A stretch of DNA of 22,851 nucleotides from Candidatus Eiseniibacteriota bacterium (GTDB lineage Bacteria; Eisenbacteria; RBG-16-71-46; CAZAMP01), in contig CBDCYW010000022.1 in NCBI GenBank assembly GCA_965224245.1, positions 1 to 22,851 of the forward strand, read 5' to 3'. Below the pieces are notes generated by a model. It was given only the letters and a program-made list of their open reading frames with translations. It ran no database searches and had not been told where the DNA came from. Shown one piece after another: positions 16,235 through 22,851 of the stretch. A program made the position numbers and the translations under genes. The stretch's first letter is position 1, and every line of letters starts with the position of its first letter.

Positions 16235-16497
16235 CGCGCCGCTCCGACTCGAACCTGCCAGGTTCGACGGCTCGCCCACTCCCGCGACCCGACTTCCGCC
16301 ATGGCGCCCTCTCATGGAGTTGGTGAATAGCGGGAGTATAGCGGACGCGGCAGGATGGGGTCCTCCCAAGCTGCTGGGGCGCGTGGCGGGTCCCGGACGT
16401 GCGACCTCTCTGCAGACGTGACGATGGAGATGCACCGCGTACTTGTCGATAAGCGCTACGAAGACAAGCGTCCAATTGCCAGCGATCGGAGGTCGAG

Positions 16498-17055
16498 GTG
16501 TCAGAGCCGCAAAGACTCTTCCCCACTCCCGAGGAACGAGAACAGGAGAAACGGCAACACTGGGACACGACGATGAGGCGACTCGAGCGAGGGCTCAGTC
16601 GGGAAGCTCAAGCCGTAATCCTCGCGCATCTACGCGCCGAGAACCTACTCGATAGTCTGCTTTGTGGCTGCATACAGTCACCGCTCGAAGGAGCCGAGGA
16701 CGACGAGGACGAGTATGCCAACCGGCGATTTGGCGACTTCGACCGAGGCATGAACTTCCATCGAAAACTCGCGCTGGTTGCGGGACTAGGGCTCATCCCG
16801 AGACCGGTCGATGAAGCTGTTGCTGGCCTAAATGCGCTGCGGAATGATTTTGCCCACGTCGCGGATCGACAACTGGCGCCCAACGACCTTGACAAAATGC
16901 AGCATTGGTTGGGGGTCGCGTCAAAGGAACTTGGCGATCGTATCCGTGTGGGCGAACAACAGGACCAACTCCGTGCAACGCTTGCAGGCGTGCTTGTCAC
17001 GCTAGAGAACGCCAACGAGAATGTAAGCGCGGAACTTGGCGCGCAGGATTACTAG
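16498..17055 (+). CDS. MtlR-like/HEPN-fold hypothetical protein (185 aa)
   Basis: [16 protein letters not shown]...F-x-x-KL...LGLI...[10 protein letters not shown] with an Rx4H motif; GGAGG RBS. Confidence 0.75.
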   Translation: MSEPQRLFPTPEEREQEKRQHWDTTMRRLERGLSREAQAVILAHLRAENLLDSLLCGCIQSPLEGAEDDEDEYANRRFGDFDRGMNFHRKLALVAGLGLIPRPVDEAVAGLNALRNDFAHVADRQLAPNDLDKMQHWLGVASKELGDRIRVGEQQDQLRATLAGVLVTLENANENVSAELGAQDY

Positions 17056-17444
17056 CGCGCAGACTTCCTGGAGTCGACATGCGTGGCGCCCTGGGCGGCC
17101 TTGGAAATGTGGTAGCCGGATATCTCGCGCCGGTGGTTCCTCCATGAGAGCGACCGCAGCACCTCCCGCAGCGACCGCTCCCCGACGACGATCGTCCCAT
17201 CGAGCAGCCCCTCCTGGATGTCCGGCGCCAGCCCCAGCAGCGCCGTGATCTGCGAGAGCCGCGCCCGACTGACTCCGGCGACCCGAGCGATCTCGGCATA
17301 GCTGGCGACCCGCCCATCGCGCACCATCTCGTCGAGCACGAGCGCCAGCGCCATCAAGCGGGCCGATCGGGGCACGGTGGGGACCTCGGGCTCTGGGGTG
17401 GGGACAGGTTCGGGGCGGAACGTGGCCCGGATGGTGACGCTCAC
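17052..17444 (-). CDS. Small HTH-like protein coupled to the serine recombinase (130 aa)
   Basis: SYAEIARVAGVSRARLSQITALLGLAPDIQE; GTG start overlaps the recombinase TGA. Confidence 0.85.
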   Translation of the reverse strand: MSVTIRATFRPEPVPTPEPEVPTVPRSARLMALALVLDEMVRDGRVASYAEIARVAGVSRARLSQITALLGLAPDIQEGLLDGTIVVGERSLREVLRSLSWRNHRREISGYHISKAAQGATHVDSRKSAR

Positions 17445-18985
17445 GGGCGACCTCCAGGCAGAAGCGAGACCGCTCCCTCCCGAAACGTGATCGCGACCTC
17501 ACCGGACGCCCCGTCGTACTCGACACGCTCGACGAGGAGCGCCAGCGCCTCGTGCTTCTCACGCGCCGTCAGACGCCCCCACAGCGCGTCGAACTCCGAC
17601 AGGGCTTCCGAGACGCCCGTGCGGTTGATCGTGCGAGAGCGCACCGCTACGAGCGTCTCGTGGGCCACACGACGGCGGCGCTCGGTGCCCTTGAGACGTC
17701 GCGTGATCTCGGCGAGTCGATCGTCGTCGGCGTCGTGACGGGCGCGGCTGAGTTCTCCTCGGAGCTGCTTGATCTCGGCGTCGAACATGCGGACGTCGTT
17801 GGCGAGCTCCTTCACGCGAGCCTTCGCCTGGGCCTTCGCGGACGCGACGACGGCGGCGATCAGCTTGGGGTCGCTGCCGATACCCCGGACCTGGTCGACC
17901 ACGAACGCCTCGATCTCGCTGGCGGCGACGGGAGCGGTGGGGCAGACGTGGGCCCCTTCCTTCTGGCGGCGGACGCAGGTGTAGTACGCGTACGATCGAC
18001 GGCGCTTCACCGTCGCGGTCCGGGTCATCGCGGCGTCGCAGGCGGAGCAGCGGAGGATGCCGGCGAGGAGGGCCGTACGCTTCGTCCTCGGGGCCGAGCC
18101 GTTCGTCACGCGGTTGCCGGCCAGGCACGCCTGGACCGCCTCGAACGTCTCGACGTCCACGATGGCCTCGTGCTCGGCGTCGACGATCTCGTCTCCGGCC
18201 CGGATGCGGCCCACGTAGAGCGGGTTCGTCAGGAGCTTCTGGAGCGTCGACTTGCCGAACTCGCCACCACCATGTGCCTTGCCCGCGGCCGACACCCAGC
18301 GTTTCGTGGTCCAGCCCCGGCGACGGATCTCGCCGATGGTGGAAGACAGCGATCGGGTCTCCAGGTAGGTTGAGAAGATAGCGCGGACCCGCTCGGCCTC
18401 GGCCTCGTTGACGACCAGCCTACCCTCGGCGATGTCGTAGCCGAGCACGGGCACGCCACCGGTCCACTGGCCTCGACGCCGCGCCGCCCTCATCTTGTCT
18501 CGCGTGCGCTCCCGGATCATCTCCCGCTCGAACTCCGCGAACGAGAACAGGAGGTTCAGGGTCAGCTTGCCCATCGAACTCGTCGTGTCGAGCTGCTGTG
18601 TCACCGACACCAACCCGACGCCGTGCCGATCCAGCGTCTCCATGATCCGGACGAAGTCTGCGAGGCTGCGGCTCAGCCGGTCGATGCGGTGGACGACGAT
18701 GCGATCGACCTCGCCGGCCTCGACGTCGCGGAGCAGACGCTGAAACGCGGGCCGACGCGTGTCGCCTCCGCTGAAGCCACGATCCTCGTAGACGTCGGGC
18801 AGGGCGGTCCACCCGGCGTGACGCTGGCTCGCGATGTAGGCGAGGACGGCTTCCTGCTGCGCCTCGGTGGAGCTGAGGGCCTGGTCGGGGCCATCGTCGA
18901 CGGAGATGCGGCAGTACACGCCACACCGGACCGTCGTGGGCTTGGTGCGGCTGCCGTTGCGCGATGTCGTCGAGAGGGCGGCCAT
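17441..18985 (-). CDS. Large serine recombinase (resolvase + recombinase + Zn-ribbon/coiled coil; 514 aa)
   Basis: YCRIS catalytic serine, DRLSRS, FAEFEREMIRER, LLTNPLYVG, LLAGILRCSACD, YYTC...C. Confidence 0.96.
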   Translation of the reverse strand: MAALSTTSRNGSRTKPTTVRCGVYCRISVDDGPDQALSSTEAQQEAVLAYIASQRHAGWTALPDVYEDRGFSGGDTRRPAFQRLLRDVEAGEVDRIVVHRIDRLSRSLADFVRIMETLDRHGVGLVSVTQQLDTTSSMGKLTLNLLFSFAEFEREMIRERTRDKMRAARRRGQWTGGVPVLGYDIAEGRLVVNEAEAERVRAIFSTYLETRSLSSTIGEIRRRGWTTKRWVSAAGKAHGGGEFGKSTLQKLLTNPLYVGRIRAGDEIVDAEHEAIVDVETFEAVQACLAGNRVTNGSAPRTKRTALLAGILRCSACDAAMTRTATVKRRRSYAYYTCVRRQKEGAHVCPTAPVAASEIEAFVVDQVRGIGSDPKLIAAVVASAKAQAKARVKELANDVRMFDAEIKQLRGELSRARHDADDDRLAEITRRLKGTERRRRVAHETLVAVRSRTINRTGVSEALSEFDALWGRLTAREKHEALALLVERVEYDGASGEVAITFREGAVSLLPGGRP

Positions 18986-18987
18986 CG

Positions 18988-19476
18988 TCAGTCCCGCGCT
19001 CCTTTCACTCGCCAGAAGGTCCAGCCATTCCAGTGACCGCCGCCACTCGCGACACGCGCCGCTGCACTCAACGACTTGAAGACCTCACCTCCGTGCTCGA
19101 ACCCATGCTCGCGAACGACGCACTCGACGACGCGGCCGCGGTGCTCACGTCGCAAGACAGTTCCGACGGGCGGGAGGTTGAGATCGCGCGATGGCAGGCG
19201 CTTGCGGACGCGAGGCGACGCTTCGGTCGCTCCCGTGGGCGGACGCGAACGCAGCACGCCGAAGTCGGCGATCGCGTGCGCCCGCTCCATCACGCGTGCC
19301 GGATGTCCGCACCATCCTTCATCCAGCGCCTGCAAGCGCCAGATCACGCGCTTGATCAGGCTTCGCTTGTTGTGCGAACGCGTCGGCTCCTGCCAGACCC
19401 GCTCGAACTCGCGTTGCAACTCCTTCACTGTCATTCTCCCGAGCCGTTCGAGCTCGGCGTCGACGTCGAGCGCCAT
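18988..19476 (-). CDS. DUF2924 domain protein (162 aa)
   Basis: GTVLRREHRG...GFEHGGEVFKSLSAAARVASG.GHWNGWTFW; typical position upstream of a serine recombinase. Confidence 0.9.
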   Translation of the reverse strand: MALDVDAELERLGRMTVKELQREFERVWQEPTRSHNKRSLIKRVIWRLQALDEGWCGHPARVMERAHAIADFGVLRSRPPTGATEASPRVRKRLPSRDLNLPPVGTVLRREHRGRVVECVVREHGFEHGGEVFKSLSAAARVASGGGHWNGWTFWRVKGARD

Positions 19477-19628
19477 GCCGGCCTCCTTTCGGTGTCAACC
19501 ACCCGGACATGACCGCTCTCGTCGGCGGGGACATCAAGTGGATCGTCGGCGTGCTCGCCGGTGACGAGGCGGACGTACGCGCGGGCGAGCAGAAGTGCCA
19601 GCTCATCGTGGATCGCCACTGACGTCAT
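19431..19628 (-). CDS. Small hypothetical protein (65 aa)
   Basis: ATG overlaps the upstream TGA (ATGA); MTSVAIHDELALLLARAYVRL. The 3' end overlaps DUF2924. Confidence 0.45.
   Translation of the reverse strand: MTSVAIHDELALLLARAYVRLVTGEHADDPLDVPADESGHVRVVDTERRPAWRSTSTPSSNGSGE
19507..19538 (-). promoter_or_regulatory. CTTGATG-N13-GAGCGGTCATGT motif upstream of DUF2924/serine recombinase
   Basis: Matches the four motif copies around 2689-2776 and 14533-14618. Confidence 0.55.
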
Positions 19629-19990
19629 CGGTTGACCTGGCCACTGGAACCGTCGATCACGTCGAACGGACCGAGTGCGCATCGGATGCCGTGGAGCTGC
19701 TGGAACATCTCCGGATCGCGAGCGATCCGCATTGCGGTCACGAACTCGGATCGTGTGTACGCGTCGGTGCCCGCGTCGCTGTCCTGGTCGTCCACGATCG
19801 CGATTACGTCGCCGAGCAGGCGGCTCTGGATGCGCAACGGTCGTCCGGGGGAGACGACGTCGGAGAGTCGACGGTCGGCGTCGGTGATGCTCCGAGGAGC
19901 CGAGTTCGGCTCGGCAACCGGCGCCCGTTGAGGTTCGGCGGGCTGCCCGAGCGTGCGCATGTGGCGGAGGTAGTCGCGAACCGTCGTCAT
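19625..19990 (-). CDS. Hypothetical protein (121 aa)
   Basis: GAGG RBS, in operon, coupled to neighbours. Confidence 0.7.
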   Translation of the reverse strand: MTTVRDYLRHMRTLGQPAEPQRAPVAEPNSAPRSITDADRRLSDVVSPGRPLRIQSRLLGDVIAIVDDQDSDAGTDAYTRSEFVTAMRIARDPEMFQQLHGIRCALGPFDVIDGSSGQVNR

Positions 19991-20006
19991 GGTTGACCTC
20001 TCGTCA

Positions 20007-20244
20007 ACCTACCCAAGGGGTACGCAAACCCCCTCTTGGGTAGGTCAAGTTGCGTCGTACCAACGATCTCAACCGACCTACCCAACCTACCCACCCCGAA
20101 ACGGGCCTCCTGGGGAGAAAGGTCGGAGGGTCTTGTTCCCCGCCATGCCCTTTTCCCTTGGATGGGTTGGGTAGGTAGGGTCAAGTCGTTGTGAATAGGA
20201 GCGTTCACCTACCCAACCCCCCTTTTGGGTGGGTGTGGGTAGGT
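20007..20244. repeat. Seven ACCTACCCA repeats in both orientations, putative replication origin
   Basis: Forward at 20007, 20076, 20085, 20207; reverse (TGGGTAGGT) at 20037, 20168, 20236; at the 3' end of the primase-helicase gene. Confidence 0.75.
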
Positions 20245-22595
20245 TGAGTTCTCGACATCTTCTCCTGGAGCTCCTCGGGCGACAGCAGCTTCACGGCCGC
20301 GCCCTCGGGGTCGCGTCCGAGTCGGTAGGTGTGGGCTTTCCCGGCCTCGCTCGACTCGAGCTTGAAGAACCCAGCAGCCACGGCAGCCCGTGCATGCTTG
20401 TCGACGGTGTTCTTCGCCCAGCCGAGCGTGTCTTGGAGCTGAGCCCGATTGAACTCGGTTTCAGTGTCGCGTCCCGTGAGGTCGGCGGCGGCCTGCCACA
20501 TCGTGATCAGCTTGGGCGACGTTTGACGCACGGTGTTGGCCAGGACGTCTTCGGCGAGGCGGAATGCGAGTGCGTAGTCGGTGATATCGGCGAGAACGTG
20601 TTCGTTGCCGCCGATGGTGATCCGCTCTCGCTGCCGCTGGAACAGAAGCGCGCGGGCCTGAATGAGCGCCAGAAACCGTCCTCGGTCGCGCCGCACGCGC
20701 ACCGGTTCGACAGGGAACTCGATGAGCGAGATGTACGGGATGTGGACGGGTAACACCTCCAGCAGTCGTTGCGCGTCGCGAAACACGTCCTGAACCGCGA
20801 TGTCGCGACCACCGGCAAGGTGCACTCGGTTGGCCGCGTCGACGATGCGCTCGGTCTGTTCGCGGCTCTCGTCCATGTGAAGATCGAAGCTACGCGTCTC
20901 GTTCTCGGGATGAAGCAGCGGGCGGGTCGTGGTCTCGGCATACGCCATCGGACCCTCGATCGTCTTGTCGACCGTCATCATCTGGCCGGCTTCATTCTTC
21001 TCGACGACCGAGAAGATCAGGCGCTTCTCGCTGAGCATGTTTCGGATCGCGTAGTCGCTGTCGTCGGCGCCGTCACGCTCGAACACGATGAGGACTTTGT
21101 GTGCCAGGCTCTCGGGCAGGTGGTAGAGCGCCTTCGGACTCAACGCGGAGACGATCCGCAGGTCCTCAGGCGGGAACAGACCAGCCACCGCCTCGACGAG
21201 GTAACTCTTGCCCGAGCTCGACTCCCCCTTGATCGAAGTCGCGATCGGGTCGGGGAGCTTGCGCGAGGTGAACGCCAGGAACACCATGAGCTTGTTCGTT
21301 TCTTCACCAGCACAGCCGAGTGCATCGAGCGCGTCGAGCACGCGCGTGTCGAGATCCGGGTCGCTCAGAAGCGCGAGGGCGTCCGCACGCTGTGCGTCGC
21401 TCATGCGCGGAGGGATGTCGTCCTCACGAGTGACCAGCGCGAGTGTGGGCTTCTCCGCCTCTTCGAACTCCTCGTCGATGACGCCCTTGCGGATGTCGAG
21501 ACGGTCGCTGATCACGCCGCGGTAGTGCTCTCGCGCCAGGCGATCGAGCTTTGCGACCTGCCGAATGAGTTCACGGAGCGGCCCGACGCGTTCGGTGGCG
21601 TCGAGAGGCTCGATCTCGTCGATGCGGATGTCGACGAAGGGGCGTGCCTGCGTGATGAGGTCTGCGATGTCCCGGCCTGCACACGCAAGGTCGTTCACGT
21701 CCTGGTCGGGTGGCAGAGAGGCGATCCGCGTGACGACGCCGAGGCGCTCGGCGACGCGTCTTGCCCCTTCGAGTCCCGGAACGTCACCGTCGAAGGCCAC
21801 GGTCACCTGCTCGTGACGAGCCAGCGCGGCCGCCCAGGCGTCCTTGAGTATTCCGACGCCGGGGACTCCAACAGCGGAGAGTCCGGCCTGGATCAGAGTG
21901 AGCGCATCGATTTCGCCCTCGGCGACCACGATCTTGCCCGGACTCCTAAGCTGGTCGGCGCAATACAGGCGCGTTTCCACGCCCGGCAGGCCGAGTACCT
22001 TCTTACCCTGGGTACCAGGCATCGTACGGCCGCGAAGTGTCGTCACGTGACCGCTCTCGATGTACGGGAACACGATGCGGCGGTAGAGAAAGTCCCGACC
22101 CTTCTCGTCTACGAGCCCGCTCGCGACGCGTTCCTCTCGCGAAAACCCCTTCGCCTCCAGATGCTCGCCAAGACCACCTTTCGCAAGGCCGAGGCGGTAG
22201 GTCTCGATGGTCTCGTCGCTGAGCTTTCGCGAACGAAGATACGCGTGAGCGTCGTCGGTAATGCATCCGACGTAAAACGCCACCGCGACATCGAGGATGG
22301 AGCGCACAGGTGTCGAGTGTGACGAGACCGGTTCCCCCAAGTGCTTCGCCAACGTCCAGCCGTTTCCGCGTGTGTCGCACTTCTTGCAGTGATACAGGCC
22401 CGTCGACAGGTTCACGTAGAGATGACCGCTGGAGTCACTACAGAACAGGCAATCGAATACGACCTCGTCACCTGACTGCTTGCGAGGTTCTCCGTGGTGC
22501 TTCCGAAGTAGCTCCGTAGAGCTGGGAGGCTCATGGATCATCGTCAGCTCCGGCGGCGCCGGGCCCTGGTTCCGACCGCAGCGGAGCGACGTCAC
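20205..22595 (-). CDS. Zn-finger + DnaG/TOPRIM primase fused to P-loop ATPase/helicase (up to 796 aa)
   Basis: CLFC...HLYVN...CKKC; RRIVFP...RGR; AEGEIDA and FDGD TOPRIM motifs; Walker A GESSSGKS. GTG start overlaps the upstream stop; a downstream ATG start is also possible. Confidence 0.92.
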   Translation of the reverse strand: MTSLRCGRNQGPAPPELTMIHEPPSSTELLRKHHGEPRKQSGDEVVFDCLFCSDSSGHLYVNLSTGLYHCKKCDTRGNGWTLAKHLGEPVSSHSTPVRSILDVAVAFYVGCITDDAHAYLRSRKLSDETIETYRLGLAKGGLGEHLEAKGFSREERVASGLVDEKGRDFLYRRIVFPYIESGHVTTLRGRTMPGTQGKKVLGLPGVETRLYCADQLRSPGKIVVAEGEIDALTLIQAGLSAVGVPGVGILKDAWAAALARHEQVTVAFDGDVPGLEGARRVAERLGVVTRIASLPPDQDVNDLACAGRDIADLITQARPFVDIRIDEIEPLDATERVGPLRELIRQVAKLDRLAREHYRGVISDRLDIRKGVIDEEFEEAEKPTLALVTREDDIPPRMSDAQRADALALLSDPDLDTRVLDALDALGCAGEETNKLMVFLAFTSRKLPDPIATSIKGESSSGKSYLVEAVAGLFPPEDLRIVSALSPKALYHLPESLAHKVLIVFERDGADDSDYAIRNMLSEKRLIFSVVEKNEAGQMMTVDKTIEGPMAYAETTTRPLLHPENETRSFDLHMDESREQTERIVDAANRVHLAGGRDIAVQDVFRDAQRLLEVLPVHIPYISLIEFPVEPVRVRRDRGRFLALIQARALLFQRQRERITIGGNEHVLADITDYALAFRLAEDVLANTVRQTSPKLITMWQAAADLTGRDTETEFNRAQLQDTLGWAKNTVDKHARAAVAAGFFKLESSEAGKAHTYRLGRDPEGAAVKLLSPEELQEKMSRTQPTHTHPKGGLGR

Positions 22596-22810
22596 GCAGC
22601 ACGGTCGTCACCATCGTCGGACGCGACCGGACGTACGCGGAGCTGTTCGAGTACGTCACGGTAGCGCCTCGTGAACTCCTCGGTCAGTGGCTTGCGACCG
22701 AGTTCGACCATCGACACGAACTGGGGCGTGACGCCTAGAGCGGCCGCCAGGCGGTACTGGAGAACGCCCGCCTGGAGCCGCTCGAACTTGAGCTGGAGAC
22801 CGTAGGCCAT
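22592..22810 (-). CDS. XRE-like helix-turn-helix protein (72 aa)
   Basis: LKFERLQAGVLQYRLAAALGVTPQFVSMVELG; GGAGG RBS. Confidence 0.88.
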   Translation of the reverse strand: MAYGLQLKFERLQAGVLQYRLAAALGVTPQFVSMVELGRKPLTEEFTRRYRDVLEQLRVRPVASDDGDDRAA

Positions 22811-22851
22811 GTTCTTCGCCTCCGAGAGGTCTCATCGTCGGCCGACCGCGA

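Larger units (their letters stand above)
17052..22851 (-). mobile_element. Core of an integrative element (phage-satellite/IME-like); boundaries not defined
   Basis: Co-oriented, mostly start/stop-overlapping operon: HTH, primase-helicase, small ORFs, DUF2924, large serine recombinase, HTH-like ORF. No capsid or conjugation genes in the window. Confidence 0.8.

Overview
GC-rich accessory region, probably from a Ca. Eisenbacteria/Latescibacteria-like organism (inferred from three proteins with FlgD-Ig/T9SS-like C-terminal domains). The right end (17052-22810, minus strand) is a phage-satellite/IME-like core: HTH protein, Zn-finger/TOPRIM primase fused to a P-loop helicase, an iteron-like repeat cluster, DUF2924 and a large serine recombinase. 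A ~2.2 kb module occurs twice in direct orientation (1958-4168 and 13848-16043). It comprises a hairpin site, a basic coiled-coil gene, a dyad with divergent promoter-like motifs, a structured ~300-nt leader, a catalytic-domain-only tyrosine recombinase and a UPF0149/SEC-C gene. Between the copies lie a SIR2-like gene, two large secreted beta-propeller proteins (one split by an intact IS3 with a CAA target duplication), a lipoprotein, a cluster of att-like dyads and a group II intron 5' fragment. The most unusual signal is the module's ~45-bp hairpin site. It occurs four times (537, 1135, 1958, 13848), always ending at the same base (ACAACGA) and always next to a different passenger gene. This suggests an integron-like cassette array beside a non-IntI minimal tyrosine recombinase, which is a hypothesis and not demonstrated.
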